From Octopus bimaculoides (lineage: Eukaryota), in NCBI RefSeq assembly GCF_001194135.2, contig NC_069005.1, positions 34,470,834-34,534,833 of the forward strand: DNA of 64,000 bases, read 5' to 3'. The notes beneath the pieces are model-generated. The model was not told the DNA's origin. It made no database searches and saw only the letters and a program-made list of their open reading frames with translations. How positions within the stretch are numbered: position 1 is the stretch's first letter; each line of letters opens with the position of its first letter. Both the position numbers and the translations under genes were made by a program. Positions 40,876 through 53,689 of the stretch are shown one piece after another.

Positions 40876-41299
40876 TATACATATATACATGCATACGTAT
40901 ATACGTACATGCATACACACTCATACACGTACGTACGTACATACATACATACATACAGGCACAAGCAGATATTTACAAAAAATGATCTTATACATTTTCT
41001 GTTTGTATTTATTTCTCAAAACGTCTCCCTCTCCTGCATTTAAAGACATTCCCAACACACCATCCACACATACACACATACACACATACACACATACACA
41101 CATACACACATACACACCAACATACACACACCATCATGACATCTATATCCTTCCTTTATTTTACAACGTCAAGATTATGTTTCTATTGTAACAAGCAAAT
41201 GATCTGGTCGCCATTTTGGCTAGTGGCAGCCATTTTAGAATGCTATTGTATTTCCTTCAACACACACACACACACACACACACACATATGTTTGTGCGC

Positions 41300-41362
<63 letters not shown>

Positions 41363-41639
41363 AGCAACAATGCGTTTGGAAAGATAAGCTTCTGCAAACA
41401 GCGATTATTTTCCAAATACTTCATTTGATTATACTCCAAGATTCATTTACACACCACCTGCTCTAATTCTATCTTAACCACCAACACCACCAATGCTACG
41501 CCTCTGCTCTTCCCCTTCCTCTCACTCCTCACAATTCTCTCTCTCTCTCTACTTCTTTCTCTCTTATCATTCTGCATTTTAGTATTTCTCCAATTTATTT
41601 GACTCTCTCATTCACATTTTCTCTTACCCTCCTCTCTCT

Positions 41640-41765
<126 letters not shown>

Positions 41766-42149
41766 ACCTCCTCCACTTTCTTTTTTCTAACACATTCCTT
41801 TCCTCTAACCTAACCTTCACTTTCTCACCTTCCCTTTCCCTCTCTCTCATTCTCCCGATCACCATCATCATCATTTTCTTCTCTCTCTCATTTTTCTCTC
41901 ACCCTTTCACTGTTGTGCACGCCAACGTTCTTTCTTCTTTTGTTTTTTCTGTCTCACTCTTTCACTCTCCCTCTCTTTCTTTCTTTCTTTCTTTCTTTCT
42001 CTCTCTATCTATCTATCTAATTATGTATCAACATATATATATATTATACGTATATATATAAGGATATACATGTATATATGAATATGTATATACATATGTG
42101 TATGTATATATATGTATATATATATAAGTGTGTATGTATATATATGTAC

Positions 42150-42192
<43 letters not shown>

Positions 42193-43530
42193 CTATGTTC
42201 AGTTACGATAATAACAATTTTACATTAATCTGATGGGTTACTCTGTACTTTTGTAGAGTACAAGTTTATCATACTTAAACAAGAATATCATTGACAGTGA
42301 CTTCTAAGTTTCGGACAGCTATCTCATCGTTCGATTGCGATATGTGTATATATANNNNNNNNNNNNNNNNNNNNNNNNNNNNNNNNNNNNNNNNNNNNNN
42401 NNNNNNNNNNNNNNNNNNNNNNNNNNNNNNNNNNNNNNNNNNNNNNNNNNNNNNNNNNNNNNNNNNNNNNNATATATATATATATATATATACATATATA
42501 TACACACACACATAAAGTGAAAGAAAGAGCGGAAGGGAGATGGTTAATCTTCCTGTATCTTATTGCTGTCTGGTTCTCTGTTTATCTGTTGACTACGAAA
42601 TCCAATTGTAGAGTCGAATTGTCAAAAGTAACCTTATTAGGTTACTTTTGAGTTACATTAACACTAATCACCACTGTATTAAATCTGAGGACCAGGAATG
42701 TTTCAGGACGAGTGTATAAAAAATTTGACTCTCTGTTCTTCTGAGTAATTGTGATGGGAAGGGATAATGGAAGCGGATGCGTGGCTTCAAGTGGAGAAAA
42801 ATGAGGAAAGAATGTAGCAAAACGCCAGGAATTATGTCAAAGACGTGCAAGAATTCAGAAAGAAGAAGAAGAAACTGCAGCAGTTAGCTGTTATCAAGGG
42901 GTTGGAGTTCAGTGGTGTGTTTGTATGAAAGGAGTGTAAAAGAGTTGAATGGTGTCTGTGTTTTATTTTATGCGTGTGACGAAGAGATAAAAGGAGGATT
43001 GAAAGAACTGAAGGGGAAAAAAATACAGGTTAGTTAATTCTGACAAGAAGGGAAGAACGTCACCAACGGAAGAATCAATAGTTGTTCACAAAAGAGGGCG
43101 ATTGGAGGATGACACTAGGCAGAAAGATCACGGAAGGATTGACCAATTGATCTCAAATGTTGTGCAACAAGTTTAAAAGGTTTGTAGATGTTGTACATCA
43201 AGAAAATACTCTTCAAATCGATATGTTAACCTGTTTATATTCAAAGTCACAACAACCCATTTTATTCAATAAATTACTTTAATTAAGGTAATGTTTATCT
43301 TTCGAGCAAGTTGTCTGTTTCTTGGCATCTTTTAATCTGTCTATTTCTAGTTAGTTAATAATCTCTCTGTCTGTTTCACTCTCCGTTTATTGATCGACTT
43401 ATCTACCTATTTGCTCGGCAAGCTAATAATAACAACTAAATTCCCCTCAAATTTCATCTTTAAAATAGAATAAAGCATTAGATAATGTGCATCTTATTTG
43501 AAGGAAAAACGCAGGCCTATAAAGTGTGAG

Positions 43531-43650
43531 ATGCTTACAGCAACTAGGTTTCCCAAGCGGTCACCCATCTAAGTACTCACTTGGTTCGACGTTGCTTAAC
43601 TTCGGTGATCAAACGAGAACCGATGCATTCAACGTGATATGGCCCAGAAG
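43531..43650 (-). pseudogene. 5S rRNA: Full-length diverged 5S rRNA copy (orphon/pseudogene or 5S-derived SINE head)
   Basis: Reverse complement CTTCTGGGCCATATCACGTTGAATGCATCGGTTCTCGTTTGATCACCGAAGTTAAGCAACGTCGAACCAAGTGAGTACTTAGATGGGTGACCGCTTGGGAAACCTAGTTGCTGTAAGCAT is collinear with metazoan 5S over 120 nt. A and C boxes are recognisable; terminal helix I is disrupted. Confidence 0.9.
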
Positions 43651-43821
43651 TAACAGCTTGACTCAAGGACCTTGAGTCACTGTTACTTCTGCTAAATATT
43701 AATAAAAATATACACATACTCATATTTTGAAGTCTATTTTTTCTGTTTGCATCGCCATATCTGTATATATATATGTATGTGTGTGTGGATGTATGTATGT
43801 ATGTGTATAGCTATCTATCTA

Positions 43822-43873
<52 letters not shown>

Positions 43874-44211
43874 GATAGATATATATATACATATATACAT
43901 ATATATATACACACACGCACACATATAAATACACACACACGCACACACACACGTTAGTGTGTTTCTAAAATTACAAATCTACCACAATATCGTGGTTATG
44001 AATGAGTGTGTGTAAGGAAATCCTGAACCATATCTTTAATATATGTTTAGCGTCACCGAAGAGAATAGAGCTCGTGGTTAGACCAGAAAAGTTTTGTCCG
44101 GTTGGTCTGGCTGCTTATTTCCACGCAGAAGCACAACTAAATACATGTTTATAATCTATATTGTATAGGGTTTCACCATACATAATTATTATATGTCTCT
44201 ATATCTCTCTT

Positions 44212-44245
<34 letters not shown>

Positions 44246-44271
44246 TTTGTACGTGAGTGTATCTATGCGTC

Positions 44272-44302
<31 letters not shown>

Positions 44303-44891
44303 GTAACTATACATTTATCATCAACCACTTACAATCAAGCTATCTTTCTGTTCCATGTTAGAATAACCAAGAGCTGCTTTTATGGATACAACGCCCCGCA
44401 CTCTCCCTCTCATCCCCCAGCAGACATTCCATTGCCATACAAACATGCAAAGTATCAATTAAAATGTGATCAGTCGTCCTATTGACCTTTTAGCTCTAAA
44501 TTCTACACACTTTACTTGAAACGACACCAGGAATTTTAATGTCCTTAAAGGATACACAAAGAGACACTAAGTATAAATCACAGTCAACAGAGACACGTTT
44601 GCTCGTATGTTTAGGTCCATACAGAACGTCAATAAACCACCAGCGACACACCCACAAGACTCCCGACGCTTTGTCTGCAGAGGAACATTGCAATGTAAAC
44701 CAGAACTATCATGGTGGCAGTGGTGGTGGTGGTGGTGGTGGTGGTGGTGGTGGTGGTGGTGGTTGCGGTAAATGCTACACTAATGCAAACATTTCATTTT
44801 CCAGGCAACAACAGGAGAAAACTTCAGATTTTTTTCTATGTTATTCTGACCTCGTTAGTAAAGTATTACTTTCAATACAAATACCGCAGTT

Positions 44892-45116
44892 AAGACGACG
44901 AGCTGCCAGAAACGTTAGCCTTTCCGGCAGAATGCTTAGCGGCATTTCTTTCGTCTTTACGTTTTACGTTCAAATTCCGCCGAGGTCGACTTTGCCTTTT
45001 GTCTTTTCGGGGTTGATAAAATAGATACCAGTTGAAGACTGGGATCGATTCAATCGGCTTGCCCCCACCCCCACCCAGAATAACTACTGGCCTTGTGCCA
45101 AAATTTGAAATCAATA
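44892..45116 (+). mobile_element. SINE family A, full-length
   Basis: AAGACGACGAGCTGCCAGAAACGTTAGC...CGTTCAAATTCCGCCGAGGTCGACTTTGCC...GGCCTTGTGCCAAAATTTGAAATCAATA. Confidence 0.9.
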
Positions 45117-45868
45117 TCTGTAAGTGATCAACGTCTGCGAGAAAGAAAAAAAAACATTGGAAGAGAGACAGCTGAGAATCTGTTCTGAATTATTACAAGA
45201 AAGCAAACTCTTCTAATGACACATACGGACCGAGTTTTGTTGGTGTACCCCGATCGTACAGAACCTATAATCAAAAGTATTACAGCCGTGACCACCCCGT
45301 CTTTTTCGTAGTTGTGTCTGATAAATTTCATCGTTAAGACCGCAGGAAAAGATGTCTTCGTTGGTCGAGCATCCACATCGAGTTTCCCTCAGAGTGACAC
45401 GATAATGCTTCCACTGGCATTTGTCATATTTCCTCATCAATGGTTGTGGTTAATTTAAGATGTCTGCCGTTTAATATTATCACATTAATACTGTGGCATA
45501 GGGTTGCTTATGCGAAAGTCTAGTCGAACGTTGCGTGACTTTCTTACAGATAGAATTGTCGTCTGTTTGACATTCAATATACATTATATGGAGATAACTT
45601 CCTTTATGTAAGTAGCTTCATGGAAGCTCAATCGTTCCCCAGCTAGAAATATTAAACAGTTGAACGATATTAAAAGTAACTTATTGACTGAGACAAACGA
45701 GATAAAGTACGCTATTAAACATCCTTCGGGTAGAATTTAGTGTAATTTGCAAGTTTATGACAGGCAGAGTCCGAAAACCACTTTTGGTCCCCGCTAATAA
45801 CTTAGTGAACTTCAAAAATGTAACAAAGTTGCTTGGGATACGCATAAACACCACAACTTCTTTTCATT

Positions 45869-46047
45869 GGAGAGAGGCCAGTCGTTTAGATCGACCTCAG
45901 TACGCAACTAATACTTAATATATCGACCTCAAAAGAATGAAAGGCAAAGTCGACCTCGGTGGAATTTGAACTCAGAACGTCAAGACGGGCGAAATACCAC
46001 TAAGAATTTTGCCCGGCGTGCTAACAACTCTGCCAGCTCACTGCCTT
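45869..46047 (-). mobile_element. SINE family A, near full-length, reverse orientation
   Basis: AAGGCAAAGTCGACCTCGGTGGAATTTGAACTCAGAACGT...GCCCGGCGTGCTAACAACTCTGCCAGCTCACTGCCTT. Confidence 0.9.
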
Positions 46048-46935
46048 AGAGGAGAAAGGAATATTAACAAACTGAACTAGAAATGAGTTTGTCGCCTGGA
46101 AAAGAAAAAGGCGATAGAAGTTAATTTCTCAGATGAGGTTTCAATCTACATCGATATTCATTATACTGCTGCTTTCTTTTTATTTTTACTACTTTCATGC
46201 TTTTCGTTTTTTAATCATGTTTTTCTTTTCTGTTTTTTTTTTATATACTTAATACTCTGGAAACAAAATGGCCGAATGGACTGGAAGAATAAAGAATAAA
46301 GAGTAATGAATATAGTAAGGTGCTATACAATTTGTGTCAATTCTATCAGCTTCCATCAAACGTTAAGGAAGTTTCGATGAGACGTGCTATGACAACAAAA
46401 CTTTGAAGGAATCAGATCGCAAATGTCACCAATTGATCAACGAAACAGATAAAATGCTTTTAACGATCGGAAAACTTCAACAACGATAGTTTTGTCGTTT
46501 GTTCTTTCGTTTCGTTTTCCCCCTTTTTGCTTTGCCTTCCTTTTAGGTTTTAGTTGTTGTTGTTGTTGTTGTTTTCTTTCGATAAAGAAATAATATAGGA
46601 ACTTCTCCACTGTAAATGTAATTCTATTCAAGTGTCTTCTACAACAAAACAAACAAGTTGAACCCAAGTTTGTCGATTTTCTTCACAGTTTTGCAAACAC
46701 AGAACAACACATCGTATCAAATATTAGAAAATAGAAGATAATAACTTGAGAGAGATTCACTTCTATGGGAGAAGCAGGGGGGAAGGAGGGAAAGAGGGAG
46801 TGCGTGTGTGAGGGTGTATAAATACGTGTAAGTTTGTGGTTCTGTTTTGAATGGAAAACATTTGCATAGAGAAAGAATTACATTATCGTTTTAATTGTCA
46901 TCACAAACAATAATGTACAGACATTGTTCTTTAAC

Positions 46936-46966
<31 letters not shown>

Positions 46967-47537
46967 GGTGACTGTTGCTGCTGTTGCTGTTGTTGTTTAT
47001 GATGATGGAATTGATGTTGTTTACTCGTGTTATTTATATTCTTATTAATGTTGCTGTGTTGTTATGGAGTTCTAATTGTTGTTATTGCTTCTGCTGCTGC
47101 TGCTGCGGCTACTACTTCTACTACTACTACGCTGGTTTGTGGTGATGTTGATGATGTTATCAAACGTACTGTTTGACTTTCTCCGCCATTTCCATCCAAT
47201 CAATATTCAAATGAAACAACAAAGTCGGGAAATTAATTCCCAAACTAAACATGAACGAGGCGTAAATGAACGGTTAAGGAAAGTGGCATCAATTCTGAAG
47301 GGTGGAGGATGAAGTGAGGCGGGGGACATTGAACGTAGATGAAGGCCATGGCGGGTAGAGAAAGTGGTGAGCGCCTTAATATAGCACTACTCAGAAGAAT
47401 TTGGAAGATTGACTCAATAAACTTACACTGCACGCCTCAATGAATGGGTTCCATAGCGGGTAATAGGTCTCGAATCGAATTTCATTCTGCAACATGTTAT
47501 ATTTATATATGTATGTGTATGTGTGTGTGTGCGCGTG

Positions 47538-47571
<34 letters not shown>

Positions 47572-47850
47572 NNNNNNNNNNNNNNNNNNNNNNNNNNNNN
47601 NNNNNNNNNNNNNNNNNNNNNNNNNNNNNNNNNNNNNNNNNNNNNNNNNNNNNNNNNNNNNNNNNNNNNNNNNNNNNNNNNNNNNNNNNNNNNNNNNNNN
47701 NNNNNNNNNNNNNNNNNNNNNNNNNNNNNNNNNNNNNNNNNNNNNNNNNNNNNNNNNNNNNNNNNNNNNNNNNNNNNNNNNNNNNNNNNNNNNNNNNNNN
47801 NNNNNNNNNNNNNNNNNNNNNNNNNNNNNNNNNNNNNNNNNNNNNNNNNN

Positions 47851-47885
47851 ATACTAGCAGCTAAGCCCGGTTTCACCCGGTCGGT
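47851..47885 (+). mobile_element. Possible terminus of a Helitron-like non-autonomous element
   Basis: ATACTAGCAGCTAAGCCCGGTTTCACCCGGTC resembles ACTAG...GCCCGG..CCCGG termini recalled from invertebrate Helitron-like repeats. It abuts a gap. Confidence 0.3.
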
Positions 47886-49310
47886 TTGGATGATGTGGCT
47901 GTAAAACCTGCTCTGTGTAAGAATTCGACTTGTTTGGGCACGCTTACGTTAAAAAACATTTTTAGAATGACTTTTTTGTGTCAAAACGCTAAGAATAAAT
48001 GACCAACAAAAAAAAAACAACCAAGATTCAACCAAATCATTTATATATATATATACATAAATACACATACATATACATATAATATTTATATATATATATA
48101 TACATACACACATACACACACATATATATATACATATAATATTTATATAAATATATGTATATAGGTTTATATATAAATATACATGTGTGCGTGTGTGTGT
48201 GTATAAATGCATATGTATAGAAATATATATATGTGTGTGTGTCTGTTTGTCAGTGCGAGTGTGTATACACACACACGTATTTGTTTGTAGGTAGGGTTAA
48301 TGATTCAGACGGTCATTACTCGGTTTCCTGGGGATGTAAGTAGACTCGTCGTGTGATCCATTAGGCACGTGACATTCTGCCGATGAAACTCGGAGGGAAG
48401 TCCGTACAAGTCATTAACTGTTTCCCTACGAAAACAAACTCTAATGACTGGAGTGGTCTTTTCTATATTTTATAAAGCCATACACATCATGCATACTCAC
48501 ACGCAAACATGCATCATATTAAGTGTGTGCGTGTGCGTGTATGCGTGCGTGTGCGTGTATGCGTGCGTGTGCGTGTATGGGTGCGTGTGTATGTGTGTGT
48601 ATTTGTGTGACTGTATGCGTATGTGTGTGTAGATATATATGTAATAGAACAAAATAACTTACAAATATGAGGAAAATATGCCGTTGTTTTTGTAAAGCAT
48701 CTAATCAAAAAGTTCGATATTGAAAAACAAAAATGAAGTTCCTGTTATAAGCTATAATATAATGAAGTGTAATAATGGCTAAAACGTTACGACATGGGGG
48801 ATAATGGCTTCTGGAATGCTTTGCTTAATAGTTCTGATCTATTCTGGCAAGGTTAATTTGGGGTCAAACATTCAAAGAGTGCGCCTCCACGTAGTTTTGT
48901 GGATAACCAGACGCATCAGCTTAACCATGAGAAAATACCAGCCACATATTGTCTTTAAAATGAAGTCATTGGATTATGTAATCACAGTTGTCTTTCAATA
49001 GATGCTATGGCCATAGTTGGAAAGTCTTTTGCATCAGAGACCTGATACAAAATAAAGGGAAGTAACAGTTAGAGAAGGAATATATAGGTCAGAACTTGTA
49101 CACCGCCATTTTGAAGCGAGCGGTGTACGTCGAGTAATGGCCGTTCAGTTATTGCCTGTAAAAGTTGAGAGTTGGTATTGCAGCTAATAAACTACAACAG
49201 AGAAGCTGTCTGCAATGTGTATACAAGCGTATGTATGCAACTGTCTGTACACAAAATATATACATATATAAACGTTTATGTAGATATATGTGGTGTGTGT
49301 GTGTGTGTGC

Positions 49311-49367
<57 letters not shown>

Positions 49368-50163
49368 ATTGTGAATAAACAGTATCTAAAGTAAAACATG
49401 ACACAAAATGCAAACAAGATTCATATATTTTTTTTATTTTATAAATGGTGACAATTATGTTGCGCAGCATGGCTCTACTGACACGCGCCTACGTCCACAT
49501 CCGCGCATGCGCACAAACATAAATACAGACACATGAATACACACATACATACACACAAACACACATATATACGTGCACACATACATACATACATGCATAC
49601 ATACATACATACATGCATGCATGCATACACATACACATACACACGGATGTGGAGATGATTGTATGCATTTGCATGCGATTTTGTTTCTTTCTGTATACAT
49701 ACATATGTATGTATGTATGTATGTACGTACGCGTACCTCATGCAGTGTTACGGCTTCACTAGAAAAGAGACGCCCAGTTGAATACATATTCATGTCATCT
49801 ATCAAAGCCAAAAATTAATATTTTTTCATAACCCCTCGTCGTCCATTTAATCATATAATGTTCAACAACAGAAGAACCTTGCCTTAGATGACAAACACTA
49901 ACGGAACATACTAGGAAAAAAAAACATCATTTTGTGCATCTTTATTTCACTACCATCCTCACACGAGATACAAAGCAATATGTCCGCCCTACATATTTAC
50001 AGCATTCATTGGTTTCTCTGGTTTATCCACCATTTATTGTCATAGCTAGTATTTAATGTTTCATATAAGTCTGTGTGTGTGAATGCGTGTGTGTGTATAT
50101 AAATGTGCGTGTGAGTGTCTATACATGCATATATATCATGTTTATATATGCATATATATATAT

Positions 50164-50209
<46 letters not shown>

Positions 50210-50284
50210 TATGCATGTATATGTGTGTCTGTATGTATATGTGTGTTTGTATGTATGTGTTTGTATGTATGTGTGTGTGTAAAA

Positions 50285-50316
<32 letters not shown>

Positions 50317-53088
50317 TATGTGCCATGGCCGCCAAAAGTAAGTGTATTTAACCGTCTCTAAGGCTTTCGGTTCCCTTTCACTTGAAGAAGAACCAGAAAC
50401 CCCTTCGACCAACAAGAAATAACATCTCCCTCAAATTCCACCCTATTGCTTTATGTAAACTATCCATTGAGCATTATACTACCTAATGTATTTATAGCAG
50501 TGATGGTCACGACCGGAAACGCTTTGAACGTAGGTATACTGAACAATAACAATTTTGTTCCGAAGCTAAAAAATGGTTTAACCCCGAAACAAGTAAACCG
50601 GTGAATAACGAGGAGAGCTAATCATCAAAGAACCTGAAAATAGCGAAACAATTGATTTAACAATGTATAAAACACGTGACTACAACATATGAGCAAGTCA
50701 CGAAAATATGACCATGAGCCAATGAGAGTGCCTGTGTGTGGTTGATCCACTTGCTAAAAATAGCAACCAGATTTTCACCGTGTAAAATCCTAATGTTTTA
50801 AGAAAAGAACAAATTGAATGGATCATATAAATGGATTGTTGTTTGATGATAGGTGCAATCAATCGATATCGAGTTGGGGCTAATGACAACCACCGAACCA
50901 GTGCAGCACCCAGTCACACCAATATAGCTCTACACCCCACAACCCAACCGCCACGCCATCAGCACACCCCAATCTATCGCATCACCATGTCACCCACAAC
51001 CCACCGTCACACCCACCAATCACCACATCACTAATCAACCACATCACGAATCCATCTTTCAACCACCGCCCCAACACGCCACCATCTCAACGTACCACTA
51101 TACCATTTAACAACCAAAACAGGTAAACAGTCAATACTGTAATCATCGATGACGTCATTGATTAGCTCATTATCTAAAGTTGTTGTAACATTGGTTCATT
51201 AGCTGAAGCTGTGAGGAAATTGGCTTCAGTGCTTGTCACGTCCTCCAACTGATTGGCGAAGAAATGCGGAGGATTCTCTTCCAGCTTCAACAATATGTTT
51301 GATGAGGGTCGACAATACACGCGCACACGCACACACCGACTTGTGCGTGTGAGCGTATCTATGTGGGTGTGTGGGTGTATAAAATACGTAAATGTATATA
51401 CATTTATATCCATATGAATTTGTGTATATATATATATATTTATATATACACACGCACACATACATTAATACATACACACACATACATACGTACATACATT
51501 CACACATACATACATACATACATACATACATACATACATAAATACATACATACATACATACATATATACATATCTATTTACATACACATATCAATATATA
51601 TATATGCATATATATCTATATACATACACATATATACAATTTATACACAATTCTCAACAAAATTATATTATAGATCTTCCGTCGACTTCGACGAAGATTA
51701 TTCAGCTGTTCGATCAAGTGAAATACCGAATCATGACATTTACGTGTACGTAGCTGAGTATTCCGTATAAAGGTACCCTAGTTGTACTTTTCAAGTAGAA
51801 TCACTGCAACACAATGAGTGGCATGGCTGAATTCTCGATAATTCCAAATATAAACTCACCTGATTAGCTTCCATATAGCCGCTGTTTAATCATTTTCACT
51901 CACATGCCATGAATCGGCCCAGGACGAGGTTCAAGTAATTTGTCCATTGATGCTGTAGAGTAAGATTGAAACCATCGACTTCACACCTTCTTGTGGCATC
52001 TGTATACCTATTCATTATTATACTTGTTCGCATTGACGGCATATAGGCTCTGCAGTCAGTAATACCGAGTCATCAGCCTTGTACCGTACATAATATAAGT
52101 TTTAATGTATTTGTTGGAATTTCGCTGTCTGTATAATGTAAGCGATAAGGTTTGATCTTATTGTCGGGGGATGATCGAGGTCTTTAACCGTACAAATAAC
52201 CTCGGCGGTGGACGAAGATCAAACTTATCAAATAGCTAGATATTAAAAGTAGTTGCATTCTAACAGAACGCAGCCAAAGTAAGAAGTGTACCAAAAGACA
52301 TTAAACAGAAGAGTGGAATAAAATCTGGTACAAACATCTATATAGAAGGAACATGACTAATAAGCACACATTTGCAATTAAGTACCGTGAAAGTTCTTTA
52401 ATAAGAACACTGTAAATGGAGCCATGATCGTTTGGATAACATAAGCTTCCAGATATTGCACTATAACCAGCACTGTTGAAATATCATACGAACCTATCAG
52501 TATGAATTCAACTTATGATTGTACGAAATGGTCCACTTAATAGAAAATTTCTATTGAAGGTGTTGGTGTTTAGAGCTATAGAAAATATACTATACTGCAA
52601 TCATATCTATATATATACTGGGGTCACAATCTAATAGGAAGTAACGGAAAGCAGATATACACAACATTTTGAATCATTCAAATTCAGGGACATCATTAAC
52701 ATTACATCATTGTCAAAATATATATGAAAGTTTAACGACAGAAATGATGTGACTACAAAAAGGAATCTTGTTGAGAAAGTTTATAATGGTAATAAAAGAA
52801 GTAATTTATGTATAGCATAAAAGTCCAGTACAAAAATACTGCATCGGATATTTTAAATAGTCAGTAGGCAATGCGTTGCATGCTTCACACAGGAAAAAAG
52901 ATTGTTTTTTTTTTCCCTTTTCAAACGACTTTGTGGAAGCTTTTCCATGCAAGCAGGTTTGAAAATATTCCACAATACTCGATGAAAAAAAACAACAACT
53001 ATAGCCTGAAAAAATGACAGATATAGAGAACACAAAAATAATTTATACATAATACACACACACACAAACACACACACGAATTACTTAC

Positions 53089-53207
53089 ATAACATGCATT
53101 GCCTTCAATGCAGATCTACACCCTGAAGTGCAGATGTCCTTGTTGTTTTCGCTTATGGATACACTTGCATGTGTACGGAGTGTGTGCAGACAAGAACTTA
53201 ACAAAGG
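53089..53207 (-). other. Possible further upstream non-coding exon (119 nt)
   Basis: atcatctctgcctacag acceptor and AT|GTAAGT donor bracket non-repetitive sequence. Splice-site pattern only. Confidence 0.2.
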
Positions 53208-53317
53208 CTGTAGGCAGAGATGATTATTATTTGTGGTATGTCTATTTTTTTCGTCCTCTCTCTTTCTCTCTCTCACTCTCTCTCTTCCTCTCTCTCCGTC
53301 TCTTTTTCTCTATATAT

Positions 53318-53438
53318 AAAGAATTCTCTGTCGTGCCTATGTACGTCATGTATATATATATATATATATATATATACATACATACATACATACATACATA
53401 CATACATACATACATACAGGCACGACAGAGAATTCTTT
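53318..53438. repeat. Perfect 21-bp inverted repeat enclosing a (TA)n(TACA)n core
   Basis: AAAGAATTCTCTGTCGTGCCT (53318-53338) is the exact reverse complement of AGGCACGACAGAGAATTCTTT (53418-53438). Confidence 0.95.
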
Positions 53439-53472
53439 CAAAATGAGACCAAAACATTTTAAATCAGGTTTC

Positions 53473-53526
53473 ATCACACTTGTCCGATGAACGGGAACGT
53501 GAATCTCTGAGTAACAATTCAGTGAT
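53473..53526 (+). ncRNA. Minimal type I hammerhead ribozyme fold (Penelope-like element type), probably inactivated
   Basis: ATCAC-ac-TTGT | CCGATGA | ACG-ggaa-CGT | GAAT | CTC-t-GAG | TA | ACAA-ttca-GTGAT. All three stems pair. It deviates from the core by U4C and A15.1>U. Confidence 0.7.
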
Positions 53527-53653
53527 AATTTTGCTGCTTTAATAAAATATATATATATATATTGTTGAAATTTACAGAAAGACAAAAGACGAAGACGGAT
53601 GTGTAATCAACAAGCAAGTCTATTAGTTTGACTCTCAGGAAGATGAGAAAAAT

Positions 53654-53689
53654 CTTTTATGTTTCGAGCCTACGTTCTTCAACAGAAAG
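53654..53689 (-). ncRNA. Degenerate minimal hammerhead ribozyme fold (Penelope-like type)
   Basis: CTTT | CTGTTGA | A | GAAC-gtag-GCTC | GAAA | CA TA | AAAG. Stem I pairs. Core A6>U, one stem II mismatch and a broken ACGT palindrome. Confidence 0.55.

Noticed and set aside
50325-50345. Plus-strand GCCATGGCC start followed by a GTAAGT donor as the first exon of another gene
   Set aside because: No downstream plus-strand coding exon was found in the remaining 13.6 kb, and the upstream sequence is pure microsatellite.
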